Positions 1 through 10,922 of a DNA stretch of 64,000 nt are shown here, piece by piece. Both the position numbers and the translations under genes were made by a program. The DNA lies in the NCBI GenBank assembly GCA_001724265.1, contig MEDY01000004.1, forward strand, positions 186,001 through 250,000. The letters are read 5' to 3'. Under the pieces are notes generated by a model. The model made no database searches. It was not told the DNA's origin and was given only the letters and a program-made list of their open reading frames with translations. The stretch's first letter is position 1, and each line of letters starts with the position of its first letter. Source of the stretch: Rhizaria sp. SCN 62-66. Lineage: Eukaryota.

Positions 1-3000
1 GCGCAGCCGAGGCGGCGGGTGTCGGCGCGGTCAGAGAGAGCGAGTGCGCCTGCGCATGTGCTTGAGCGGGCGGCTGCGTTCCTGCGGCCGCAGCGCTGCC
101 CGGCAGCGGTGCGACGGTCGGCGACGCGGGCCGGTCCGCGCCGCGCTGGCCGGGGCCGGAGCCGGTGCCCGTGGGCAGCAAGGGCGGGGAGAGCGGGCGG
201 CGTGCGGGCGGCAGCTGCGGGCTCGCGTGCCGGCTCAGGGTCGGCGAGCCGCGCGCGGGCGTGAGCGACGGGGACGTCGCCGGCACTGAGCTCGCTGCCG
301 CGACGGGCGCAGACGCCAGAGACAGCGGGGGCACCGCGCCGAGCCCGCGCGCAGCAGCGCCGCGCCGGCCGGCCGCCAGAGGCGTGTTGGCGCCGCTCGC
401 GCCGGGGCCGGACGCAGCGGCTGCGGGCAGCGCGGGAGAGCCAGCAGGCGCGGACGCGGCGGCAGTCATGGCGACGGGGCCGAGCGAGGGCGAGGGTGGC
501 GCAGCGGCGCCCCCGCGCGCGACAGTGCGCGTGCTGAGCACAGAGCCACGCAGCAGCAACGCCGCAGCAGCCGCGGTTGAGCTGGCCGCGAACAGCGCGT
601 CACCGCGTCCGCGACCGGTGGCACGAGTGCGCGCGCGCTGCGCAGGCGTTGCGGCGCCGCTAGCAGTGCCGTAGCCCTGCCCGTAGCCTTGGCCGTAGCT
701 GGGGCTTGAGCTCTGCCAGGGGTTGTAGTTGCGCACGCGCGCAGGCGAGGTGAACAGACTGCTACTGCTGGTGCTGCCGACCTTGGGGCTGTCGCCGGGC
801 GCTGGCGGGCTGTAACGCGCGCCCGCGCCGCCGCCACCACTGCCGCGCACCGGTGTGGCGAGCGTCGCCACGCCGGCGTCGCCGGTGTTGACGGGCGCGT
901 TCGCGAACACCGCGCGCTGCGGCAGCGCGAGGTCCGCGGCGTCGGGCAGCAGGAGCGCCAAGTGAGACAGCGAGCCGCCCATGTTGCCGGCCGACTGAGC
1001 ACTAGCGGTGTCTGTACCCGCGTTCGTGATGACAGGACCGCCCCCAAGCGAGCTGCTGGTTGACAGTGCACGCATCAGTCCCGTGGCGCCCGCATCTACG
1101 GCAACTGCACCGGCTGCTGTCTGCACGGATGCCGAGACAGACGTAGATGCAGAGGGGGCGTCGGTGGAGCCAGAGAGCGACCGCATGTCGGCCTTCCACG
1201 CGCGCACACGGGCGGCCGCGGCCTGCAGAGCGGTCGGCGCGGGCGGCGACGGCGACGGCGACGGCGTGCGCGGCGAGGCCAGTACAGGCGGGGAGTCAGC
1301 GACAGAGGCGTTGGCAGCAGCGAGCGTAGCGGCCTCGGACGCGGAGCGCAACACAGAAGGACGGGCGCGGGGTGCGACTGTGGGCGCAGGCAGGAACGTC
1401 GTCAGTCGAGGACCTGTGATGTGTGACTGCATTGGATCAGCGACCATTGGACTGTCCTCAGCTTCAACATCGTTGGTGATGTCAGTGTCCGGGTTGACAT
1501 CAGCATCGTTGTAAGCAACTACATCTCCAGCGATCGGCAGCAGCGTGCTGTTGCTCTCGGCAGAACGCGCTGGCACGACAGTGTCGGTCCCAACAAACGC
1601 AGACGCGGATGCAGTGGCGGGCGCGGGACGGAAGCCCAGCGCAGAGAACGAAGCAGTGCGCAGCGCATGCACCGGTGTCGCCGCGGCTGACTGCGTTGCA
1701 GGCTGCACAACGCCGTGTGTGGCGGAATGCGAGGGCGACAGTGTGGGGGACGGCACAGGCGAGGGCGACGGCGCAACACCACAAAGCCCGGCAACATCAA
1801 CAGCGGCCACACTCGCGGTGGCGCCAGGCACGGGCGCGGGCACGGGCGATGATGCAGTTCGGAGGAACGGCGTCGCGCCGGCAAAAGCTGGCGCGGGGCG
1901 CGGCGCCACTTGGGTCCGCGGCGCCGCGCCCGCCCTCGTCTTGGGCTTGGTCTTCGCCGCGGCGTCGCGCGGGGAGCGCTGCACCCGCGTCGCGCGGCGC
2001 GGCGGAGGGTCGGCGTTGAACGCGCCGGTGGCGATCGCACTGGCGGGCTCGCCCGCGGGCTGGCCGGCCGCCATGCGCAGCAGCTCGGCCGCGGTCACGG
2101 GCTCCGAGGTCCCGCTCGCGCTCGCGGCCGCACTCGCGGCAGCCAGGCTGGAGCTGGCGGGGCGCGGGCGCGCGCGGCCGGAGAGTGCAACGCGTGGCAG
2201 CAGCGCGAGCGCGAGCCCATCGATGGCGGCCGCGAGGCGCGCGCGGCGGCGCAGTTCGGCGCGCGCGTCCAGCACAGGTACTAGCACCGGCACCAGCGCG
2301 CACTCGTCGGCGTTGTTGGACGCTGAGCTACTCTTGCTGTTGCTCGTCATGTTCGCATCTCCAGTTAAAGTCTCGGGGCTGTTGCTGGAGACGGGCACAG
2401 GGACCTTAATGCGCACAGTGCGGCCGGACTCAGCGTCCACAACAAGGCGGTCTTCGAGGAGATACGCCGTCTCTTTGACTCCGTGACGCCTCGAAGCGGC
2501 AGTGTCAGCATCGGTGTCAGTGTCGGCACCGCCAGTGTTTGCCCAGTCGCTTGACTCAGCGCCTTTGTGCGCATCACTGTCATCCTCGCTATCGTCGTCT
2601 TCGTCTTCGTCCTCGGCGTCGCACGACTCTTCTTCATCGTCATCGTCATCGTCGTCATCATCATCATCGTCGTCAGAGGAAACACCAGCAAGCCAGGCAG
2701 GGCGACTCTTGCGCTTGTCCTTATTGCCCTTCGCAGCAGCTGCCTTGTCCTTGGTCGCTTTGGCGGCGGCAACTGCAGCCTCTGTCTTGGCGGCCGCCTT
2801 GGTCAACGGCGCCACAGCAGCAGGAGTAGACTTGCCCTTCCCGCGTGCCGAAGAGGCGGCAGCGGGACTTGGCGCAGCTTTGCCGCGGCCACGCACCGCG
2901 AATGCCTTTTCCTCCTCCTCTTCTTCTTCGTCGTCGTCATCGTCGTCGTCGTCTTCGTCGAAGTCGCCCGCATGGCCCGCGCCGCGCCAGCGCCCCGCCC

Positions 3001-5119
3001 GGGCGCCCGCCTGCGCCGCGGCGACCGCGAAGCGCTGCGCGCTCGCTCGGGCGACGAGCTCCTGCTCGATGTCGGCTGCCAGACGCGCCGCGTCGCCCAG
3101 CAGCTGCTCGGCCCACGCGTCGCGCCCCGACGGTGCCGTGCCGACGTTCGCGGCGTTTGCACTCGCGTCCGCGGCGGCCGCGACACTGGAGCCGACGGAC
3201 GCGCTCGGGACGGCGACTTTGCGCACATGCCGGCTGTAGAAGCCCACGGTGCTGCTGCTGTTGCCCGCAGTCGGCGCCCCGCTTGCCGCCGCTGCGGGGC
3301 CCGCCGTGACCGCCGCCGCTGTGACGCACTCGTCGCCAGAGGTCGTGAAGGCCAGCCCCAGGGGCGCGCCGGCGACCGCTGCGCCCCCACTCGCGCCAGC
3401 GTCGGTGGCGCTCAGGCCCAGGTAGCCGTTGCTGTTGCTGTTGCTGTTGCTGCGCGCGCTGAGACTGGGCCCGCCGCTGAGCGTGGGGCCCCCGCCGCTG
3501 AGGCTCGCGCCGCTGAGACTGCGGGACGCCAGCAGGGCGAGCGGGGTCAGCAGTGCGGAGACGGTGTTGCTCACGCCGCCGCCGTATGCGCACTGCCCAG
3601 TCGCGTTCGCATTGGCACCGACGCCCGAGCCCGAGCCCGAGCCCGAGCCAGTGCCGGTGGGAGTGCCAGTGAGGTGCGGGGAGGCGGCGACGCGCGCGCC
3701 GACGGGGCTCGTTGCAGCGCCGTCGCCGGCCGTAAAAGCCTTACCCAACGTGACGTCGCTTGTGTTCGGGTTCGTGGTGGCGGTGCTTTCGTGATTCATA
3801 TTGTCTTGATCGCTGTCATCGTCGAGGCCGTCGTCGATGTCGTTGTCGTCGTCCGCGTCAGCGTCACAGTCGCCGTCGTCGACATCGTCGCCATTCTCGT
3901 CGACACACTCAGGAGCCACCGCCGTCGCCACCCCCGTCTCAGCGTCCGCAGCAGCATCCGCCGCCGCAGCCGCGCTGGCAGCAGCCCTGCTGCGCTCCGC
4001 GCGTGCTGCCCTGGTCGCGTCCCTGCGCTGCTGTTTCGCGGCCGCGGCGGCGGCGGCCCTGGCGCGCACGCGCGCGTCGAGCGTGACGACTGCGGCCGTG
4101 GCGGCGGGCCCCAGCGGCGCGCTGTCGAGCCCTAGCCCGCAGCGGATCAGCGGCGAGCGCGCGTGCGCCGCCAGCCAGCGGGACAGCGGCGCGCCCGTGA
4201 CAGCGCCCGTGGTGGGGGCGGGGCAAGTGCTCCGGTCTAACGTCGGGGCGTTCCCGTCGCCAGTCCTGGTGCTGTGGCTGCGGCCGGTGCCGTTGCTTGC
4301 GGAGGCGGAGGCGGCGCGAGACGAGAGGGGCGAGCCGCTGAGCGGCGACAGGGCCAGGCCCGATCCGAGCGCGTCGCCGTTGCCAGTCGCGGCCACAGCA
4401 ATCCTCGCAGCGGCGCCGGCGGCCGGCGCAGTGACGCCGGCGCTGGTCGACGCCCCTGTCTGCGTCTGCGTCTGCAGAGTCTGCGCTGCGACCAAGGCCG
4501 CGTTGTTGGCGGGGTCGACTGGGCCGGGCGGGAGGCGCCACACGTCGAGCACAACCGTGCGCGGGTGCGTGGCGGCGAGGTGCGCGCGCCACAGCAGCGG
4601 CGCGCCCGCGGGGGCGAGCAACAACCCAGCCCAGAGGCGGCAGACGCGCGCCGCGGCGGGCAGCGCGCGCGCCGGGAGGAAGAGCCAGATGAGCTCCAGC
4701 AGCGGCGCGGGCAGCGACGCGAAGCACGCACGGCGGGCCGGCGCCGCGGCGGGAACGAGGGCAGAGGCCGCAGCTGCCTCGGCCGATGTAGACGCAGAGG
4801 CCGCATGTGCGTTATGATTGTTGTTGCTGCTGAGACTGAGCGCTGTTGTGGACGGGAGGGCGGTGGGACTGAGCACGGGCGTGGCCAGCGCGGCAGTGTA
4901 CCTGGAGGCGGACGCGGCAACCCGGGCGACAGTCGCGGTAGCGAGCTCACGTGCGTAGACACTATCGCCGTCGTCGTCTTTGCCCGCCTTGTTGTCGCTG
5001 TCGTCATTGTCACTGTCCGAGGATGAGGAGGAAGAGTCGGGCGCGTGGGGCAGACGGCGCCGGTACCGAGGGTCGCCGACAAAGCGGACCTGCTTGAATC
5101 CGCGGGCAGGTGCGCTCAT
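1..5119 (-). CDS. Large F-box-motif protein with low-complexity Ala/Asp/Ser tracts; 3' end runs off the window
   Basis: ATG at 5119 next to an AT-rich spacer (MSAPARGFKQVRFVGDPRYRRR...). The ORF track lists no terminated ORF in this frame, consistent with an open frame to base 1. F-box-like motif FASLPAPLLELIWLFLPARALPAAARVCRLWAGLL at about 4725-4620. Confidence 0.75.
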   Translation of the reverse strand, partial: MSAPARGFKQVRFVGDPRYRRRLPHAPDSSSSSSDSDNDDSDNKAGKDDDGDSVYARELATATVARVAASASRYTAALATPVLSPTALPSTTALSLSSNNNHNAHAASASTSAEAAAASALVPAAAPARRACFASLPAPLLELIWLFLPARALPAAARVCRLWAGLLLAPAGAPLLWRAHLAATHPRTVVLDVWRLPPGPVDPANNAALVAAQTLQTQTQTGASTSAGVTAPAAGAAARIAVAATGNGDALGSGLALSPLSGSPLSSRAASASASNGTGRSHSTRTGDGNAPTLDRSTCPAPTTGAVTGAPLSRWLAAHARSPLIRCGLGLDSAPLGPAATAAVVTLDARVRARAAAAAAAKQQRRDATRAARAERSRAAASAAAAADAAADAETGVATAVAPECVDENGDDVDDGDCDADADDDNDIDDGLDDDSDQDNMNHESTATTNPNTSDVTLGKAFTAGDGAATSPVGARVAASPHLTGTPTGTGSGSGSGSGVGANANATGQCAYGGGVSNTVSALLTPLALLASRSLSGASLSGGGPTLSGGPSLSARSNSNSNSNGYLGLSATDAGASGGAAVAGAPLGLAFTTSGDECVTAAAVTAGPAAAASGAPTAGNSSSTVGFYSRHVRKVAVPSASVGSSVAAAADASANAANVGTAPSGRDAWAEQLLGDAARLAADIEQELVARASAQRFAVAAAQAGARAGRWRGAGHAGDFDEDDDDDDDDEEEEEEEKAFAVRGRGKAAPSPAAASSARGKGKSTPAAVAPLTKAAAKTEAAVAAAKATKDKAAAAKGNKDKRKSRPAWLAGVSSDDDDDDDDDDDDDEEESCDAEDEDEDDDSEDDSDAHKGAESSDWANTGGADTDTDADTAASRRHGVKETAYLLEDRLVVDAESGRTVRIKVPVPVSSNSPETLTGDANMTSNSKSSSASNNADECALVPVLVPVLDARAELRRRARLAAAIDGLALALLPRVALSGRARPRPASSSLAAASAAASASGTSEPVTAAELLRMAAGQPAGEPASAIATGAFNADPPPRRATRVQRSPRDAAAKTKPKTRAGAAPRTQVAPRPAPAFAGATPFLRTASSPVPAPVPGATASVAAVDVAGLCGVAPSPSPVPSPTLSPSHSATHGVVQPATQSAAATPVHALRTASFSALGFRPAPATASASAFVGTDTVVPARSAESNSTLLPIAGDVVAYNDADVNPDTDITNDVEAEDSPMVADPMQSHITGPRLTTFLPAPTVAPRARPSVLRSASEAATLAAANASVADSPPVLASPRTPSPSPSPPAPTALQAAAARVRAWKADMRSLSGSTDAPSASTSVSASVQTAAGAVAVDAGATGLMRALSTSSSLGGGPVITNAGTDTASAQSAGNMGGSLSHLALLLPDAADLALPQRAVFANAPVNTGDAGVATLATPVRGSGGGGAGARYSPPAPGDSPKVGSTSSSSLFTSPARVRNYNPWQSSSPSYGQGYGQGYGTASGAATPAQRARTRATGRGRGDALFAASSTAAAAALLLRGSVLSTRTVARGGAAAPPSPSLGPVAMTAAASAPAGSPALPAAAASGPGASGANTPLAAGRRGAAARGLGAVPPLSLASAPVAAASSVPATSPSLTPARGSPTLSRHASPQLPPARRPLSPPLLPTGTGSGPGQRGADRPASPTVAPLPGSAAAAGTQPPAQAHAQAHSLSLTAPTPAASAA

Positions 5120-6555
5120 AGAAAAATGAGGCAAACACTCCGCAGTGAGCGGGGTGGCTTCTGTTCGCGCGGGTGTCGGTCTGGGGAGCAAGCTACTTGA
5201 TGGAAGAGCGGGTTGCGCAAGAGGTTCAATAAGCTGAGTACGACGTCACAGTCTCCGTAGAATAGCACATAGTCCAAGTATCAAATAAAAATTGCAATAT
5301 TTGCTCCGGAGAAACTAAGATTATTTGTTAAAGTGATGTAGTTGGCGATGAGTACTTCTTCTAGTTATTGTCGCGCCTTTGGCCTCGAGCGAAGCAAAAC
5401 TCGTTTGTGGTGGGAATAAACTTTCACTTAGTAAGCGACCATATCTCTGCAACCATTCAACCTCACACAACTACTATAGGGTATCTACCAAAATTACACG
5501 TGTTGGTAGAAGTCATACTTCGCCGCGCGGCTATGCTACCGATATTAATGCACTTTAGTCTAATTGCTCGAAGTTTTGTGGTTGATATCGTCACTACACA
5601 CGACCTTCTCTGCGTGCGAAGCAATATGTTCACATCAGGACACTCACTGACAGTAGTCACACTAACATTCTTCGTATAATAACAGTTCGACCTTCTGGCT
5701 GCGCGCGAATCATACGTCGCTGCTCGCTGTAATAGCTTGCGTAACAGTCGACGACTCAAAAATCTAACTTTCGGACGACTATAACACGAGGAAGTTATTG
5801 CAGAGTACATATTGTTCTCCGTGGTTTACTACATCGTCAAACACCACAGCGCACCAACTTTGTTTCTTCCCTTCATGTGATCATGGCATGGCGATGCATG
5901 TCCACACCGAAAACTGATCATCAATGTAAGGGCATCACGAACCCACACCCAGTGCTTTACAGCGAAGACCATTGCTTGGGAAAAAATAATCAGTTAACAT
6001 GTCTAACACCACAGGAAAATGACGACTTCACAGAAGTCTTTTAAAAAATAAGCTATATGGTTCTCAATAACCTGCCATACGTACGTTTTCCACGTCTGCG
6101 AGCCATGGTTGACTAGCCCACGGTCACCCTACCCCCCCCCCGAAACTCACCAGTAGCTCTTTTGCTGCTTTTAAAAATGCGTTCTCTGCATTTTCTGTCC
6201 GTGTCTTCGAAGTGAAGAGGTAATATTCAATAATATGCGTGGTTTTATGTGCTTTATTTGAAATGAAACCTTGATCTGGGACAACTATTGAGGTCTAGTG
6301 GCTTCATAAGCGGGGCGATATCTCGACCAACCTGTTTCATTTCTTTTGAGCTCTTCTATCGGCTGGTGGACAGGCTATATTCCCACAAGCGTGCTCTATC
6401 ACAGTGATTGTCTACAAAACCAACTTAATTATTTCACAAATTTGTCTTATTTTCTTCCTACCCCTCTTTCTGTTGCACTGTCGCGTCGGTTTCGCACATT
6501 GGTTTTTGCTGCCCACCACAAACGATAAAACACGATTCCCAGCTTCTAGCTTACC

Positions 6556-8133
6556 ATGCTGCGCGCGCCCCCGCTGCCGTTTGCCGTGCTGACGGACTCG
6601 TACAAGTCCAATCATTATCTGCAGTACCCCGCTGTGACCGCCATGGTTGCCTACGGCGAGTTCCGCGGCCCCTACGAGAAGGACTCGACCGACACCCGCA
6701 TGGTCTTCTACGGCATGCGGCACCTCATCGAGAACTACATCGCTGTCCGCTGGACCGTCGAGGACGTCGCGCGCGTTGAGGCATTTTACGCCACGCACTC
6801 GGCGGGCGCCACTCCGATGTCGTTCCCCAAGGAGCTGTTCCTGAAGTTCATCGCGGAGAACGACGGCTACCTGCCCATCACGATCCAGGCCCTGCCGGAG
6901 GGCACCGTGGTCAACGCGCGCACGCCCGTGTACCAGCTCACGGCCACGGGTGAGTACGCGCGCCTGGCGACGTACCTGGAGACACTGCTCACGCAGGTCT
7001 GGTATCCGACGACGGTGGCCACGCTCTCCCGCCGCGCGCGCCAGCTCATCGCCGATGCCTTCGCCACCTCGGTCGACGCCGACTCCATGTTCCTCCTCGA
7101 CTCGCGGCTTCACGACTTTGGCTTCCGCGGCTGCACGTCCGTCGAGCAGTCAGTCATCGGTGGCACCGCACACCTGCTTAACTTTAACGGCACTGACACG
7201 CTCGCGGCCGCGTTCCACGCGCAGTACGTGCTCAACGGCGGCAAGCCCGTGGGCTTCTCGGTCCCGGCCTCGGAGCACTCGGTGATGACCTCCTGGCCCA
7301 CGGAGGAGGAGGCGATGCGCCACATGATCTCCACCTTCGGCGGCCCGGGCGCGGTCTTCTCGATCGTGATGGACTCGTACGACTACGAGAACGCGCTCTA
7401 CAACGTGCTGCCCAAGGTGGCGGCGCAGCACCTGGCCAAGGGTGGCGTTATGGTGCTCCGGCCCGACTCGGGCGACCCGGTCAAGTGCGTGCTGCAGGCG
7501 CTCGACGCGTGTGAGAAGGCCTTTGGCGTCACGGTCAACAGCAAGGGCTACAAGGTGATCAACGCGAGCGGCGTGCTGCAGGGCGACGGCATCAACATCG
7601 GCACCATCAAGACCATCTTGGCCGCCGTACTCGAGGCCGGCTACTCGGCGCAGTGCGTGTGCTTTGGCATGGGCGGCGGGCTGCTGCAGAAGGTGAACCG
7701 CGACACGATGGCGTTCGCGACCAAGCTCTCGCACATCGTCACGCCCGACGGCGCAGAGGTCGATATCATGAAGCGGCCCAAGACGGACGGCGGCAAGATC
7801 TCCTTCCCGGGCCGCCTGCAGGTGCGCCGCTGCCCCGCCACGGGCGCACCTACGGCGTACCCCGTGCTGGCCGACGGCAGCTCGCCCGCGGACGTCGACG
7901 GCGTGGGGCCGGACCTGCTAGAGGTCGTTTACGACTGCGGGCCTGTCAAGGACCTCGCGTGGCCGCTCTTCGACGAGATTAAGGCGCGCGTGGAGAAGCA
8001 GTGGGCCGAGGTGCCCCGCAAGCACAGCCCCATCTCGGCCGCGCTGCAGACCAAGATCGACAACTGGCGCCCCTACGCCCACCTGGAGGCCAAGAAGGAC
8101 GACGAGGACGACTGCAAGAAGTGCAAGGAGTAA
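6556..8133 (+). CDS. NAMPT: Nicotinamide phosphoribosyltransferase (NAMPT/NadV), intronless
   Basis: Motifs LTDSYK, LHDFGFRG (the NAMPT-type Asp), ASEHS, LRPDSGDP, QGDG and FGMGGGLLQKVNRDT; strong GC3 bias; ends in TAA. Confidence 0.93.
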   Translation: MLRAPPLPFAVLTDSYKSNHYLQYPAVTAMVAYGEFRGPYEKDSTDTRMVFYGMRHLIENYIAVRWTVEDVARVEAFYATHSAGATPMSFPKELFLKFIAENDGYLPITIQALPEGTVVNARTPVYQLTATGEYARLATYLETLLTQVWYPTTVATLSRRARQLIADAFATSVDADSMFLLDSRLHDFGFRGCTSVEQSVIGGTAHLLNFNGTDTLAAAFHAQYVLNGGKPVGFSVPASEHSVMTSWPTEEEAMRHMISTFGGPGAVFSIVMDSYDYENALYNVLPKVAAQHLAKGGVMVLRPDSGDPVKCVLQALDACEKAFGVTVNSKGYKVINASGVLQGDGINIGTIKTILAAVLEAGYSAQCVCFGMGGGLLQKVNRDTMAFATKLSHIVTPDGAEVDIMKRPKTDGGKISFPGRLQVRRCPATGAPTAYPVLADGSSPADVDGVGPDLLEVVYDCGPVKDLAWPLFDEIKARVEKQWAEVPRKHSPISAALQTKIDNWRPYAHLEAKKDDEDDCKKCKE

Positions 8134-9454
8134 GCTACTGTGAGTCAACTCTCTAATTTTCTCTCATCTGATTGCGTTTTTGACTGATGTGATTTTGCTG
8201 ATGTTCGGAGGCTGTATGAACTCCATCAGCAAGTCTTTCATCATGAGGCTCAGAAAATCAACACAGTTCACATTTTTGCTTACCTTTTCTCAGACAGTCA
8301 CGCAGTCACAGTCGTGCCTCGTTTTTTCTTTTTCTTTTTGTCTCTTTGCTTTGTTTTGTCTTTTTCTTATTTGTCTGCTGTTGTTTCTGAATCAAACACC
8401 ACAATAGCGTCATGTTTACACATGTGACTCATTTGTCATATGGCACCATCTATGCTTCTGAACTCATTTTTTGTTCTTCAGCTTTCTGTCCTGCTTCGTT
8501 TTTGTTACACCCCCACCACCTTTTGTGTATTGTATTAATCACCAATCAATCCCACTGTGCGTAAGCGTGCACATCTTTGTTGCTGTTTCGTGCTTTGTCT
8601 ATGTGTCCGTGTTCCTTGATTTTAGACCTTGTTTTTCATTTTTTTGGAGTACTTATTCAACTTTTTAGCCTCTCAGCTTTTTCGATGAAAGAGTCTTTGT
8701 CTTGCACCCCGCATGACGCGGGCCCATGCAGATGTCCTTGCGGTGATGAATACATATCAAATTGCCCTGTACACCGAGGTTGCACTATCAAAAGGGATTA
8801 AAGGAAGGTTCCCGCTTAGTTGCCACCCAGTGCGAGAGTCCTTGAGTGCCCACAACGGAAAGAGGCAGACGGCACCCAATGACCCACATCGGGTCAAACA
8901 TAAGCTGGATCCCTCAGTATGCCTATCTATTGCGACGTGCGTTGGTCGCGAGCTGGTTTCTAAGTGGTATACCACACCCGTTGAGGGAAAGTTGTAGGGC
9001 TACAATTCAAGCTCTAGCATCCCAAATCCCGAGGCATAATACATACTCGCGTCTGGTGTGCTCGCTGTGAGCAGGTACGCAGAACATGGAACTCAAACAC
9101 CAGTAAGAATGCTCAGGCTGTCGAAGTTTTGGGAAGGAGACATTCCCATTGGTATACACATGTTTAGGAGCATTTTAAATAGCCACCAAGTGCAATCCAC
9201 CAAAATCACCTTGATGCATACGTGCTTATACTAAATGACGGATATACATGTGTATATCGTTGTAAATAGCTTGAGATCAAGTTTTACTCTCTTCCTGCTT
9301 CTCAATCGACCGACTGTGGTCGACTGACCGTGAGCCAGTCCCCCGCCTCCCGATAGTAGGAAGTCAGGCCGCGGGGGGTCCTCGGTCGTCGCAGAGAGAG
9401 CTCGACCAGTCCTCTCGAACCGTTCGCGCATTCACTTTTCGTGTGATAAGTACA

Positions 9455-10356
9455 ATGGTACGTGTTCTAGTTCAGCCCTAAGATGGTTTGCTTCATATTG
9501 TTTCTATTTCGTTAGCCTACGCGTTTCTCCGCGGTCGTTTGCGCTCTATCCAGACGGTTTACCGGGCCAAGCACCCGCACTCGACTAGCCCTGTTCAACC
9601 CCACTTTGCTCGAGAGTAGCCCCCTGCTCTTTGGCGGTGCTGCGCTGCTTTGTGATACTTTTGCGCTGTTAGTAGACTCTTCATTCTAGCATATTGCCTC
9701 ATGCTGTCTTTTCCCACCCTCGTTTGTGCCTCCTCCGCGCCCTTCGCTCTCTCCCTTCATGTCGTCCCTTCCGTCTCGGTCCCTACAGTCTAAGACTCCC
9801 AAGGTCAGCTCTGGCGAGCAGGTGTTCGCCGTCGCGCACATCTACGCGTCCTTCAACGACACCCACATTCACGTCACCGACCTCACTGGCCGCGAGACCA
9901 TCGCCAAGTACACCGGTGGCATGAAGGTCAAGGCCGACCGCGACGAGTCCTCCCCCTACGCCGCCATGCTTGCCACCCAGGATGCTGCCGAGAAGGCCAA
10001 GTCCCGTGGCATCACCGCCGTCCACATCAAGCTCCGTGCTATGGGTGGCACCCGCACCAAGACCCCCGGCCCCGGTGCTCAGGCTGCCATCCGCGCCTTC
10101 GCCCGCTCCGGCCTCAAGCTCGGCCGCCTCGGTACGTTCCTTCACGCACTCCCTTCGTTCCCGCATGTGCGCCGCTCTCCCCACTGGGTATCTCGGTCCC
10201 GCGATTGCTTCACCGCCTTTCTCATGAGATATTCTTGCTCACCATCTTATTCGCTTTGATCCTGCTTTCGCTTTTCCCCCATCTACAGAGGATGTTACCC
10301 CCATCCCCACCGACACTACCCGTGCCAAGTCCGGCCACCGTGGTCGCCGTCTCTAA
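9455..10356 (+). CDS. RPS14: 40S ribosomal protein S14 (uS11); exons 9455-9457, 9789-10131, 10289-10356
   Basis: [25 protein letters not shown]...[17 protein letters not shown]...[13 protein letters not shown]...[12 protein letters not shown]...GRRL*. Both introns are GTACGT...CAG; the spliced CDS is 414 nt and ends in TAA. Confidence 0.95.
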
Positions 10357-10922
10357 TTTAGCCGGCTCTAGAGAGATACTAATACAAGACATTGTAGCAT
10401 AATACCATTTTCCTCCCACCCTTGTACCTTAATTACGCTATCTGAAACGTCTCCGCCCTGCTTTGAGTCGTCAAGTCCTCTCTTTATGCTGTTTTTTTCA
10501 CGCCAATCCGTGCGCCAGTCTGAGCTTCACCAGCCAGCCAAGCGCGCCCGTTGCTGAACGAGGGCGCGAAGACCTGCATGGCCTTTTCGAGGCTCGCTGA
10601 GGACTCCGTTGTTTGGTCAAATTCGATGCTGTAGTCTTATGTATAGCGTCCATGACGCGGCCGCTTTATTCGCACTTGTAACGCGACTGCTTTAACCTTG
10701 CTCAAGACATATCTCACCTGCCCATGCTTTAACAGCCTAGTGGCTTGGGCTGCGTGCCAGATCTCTTTTTCAAAATTGCGACGTCTCACTTCAAGATTCT
10801 TTATCTGTTAACTTGTATTCCCTTATTACAGATTTGATCTAAACCATTTCTGTCATTGAATTTCTAGCTTGTCGTTGAATTGTCCTTCTGACGAGGTGTC
10901 AAAGGCCTGTCGTCCCCGCCTC

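Noticed and set aside
5120-6555. tRNA (especially a CUA suppressor) or other ncRNA in intergenic spacers
   Set aside because: Only isolated GTTCGA-like words; no cloverleaf was recognisable by eye here or in the other spacers.
8740-8800. Possible C/D snoRNA (GTGATGA box followed by TTGCCCTGTACACCG)
   Set aside because: No matching D box or terminal stem nearby, and the rRNA-like word is in sense rather than antisense orientation.
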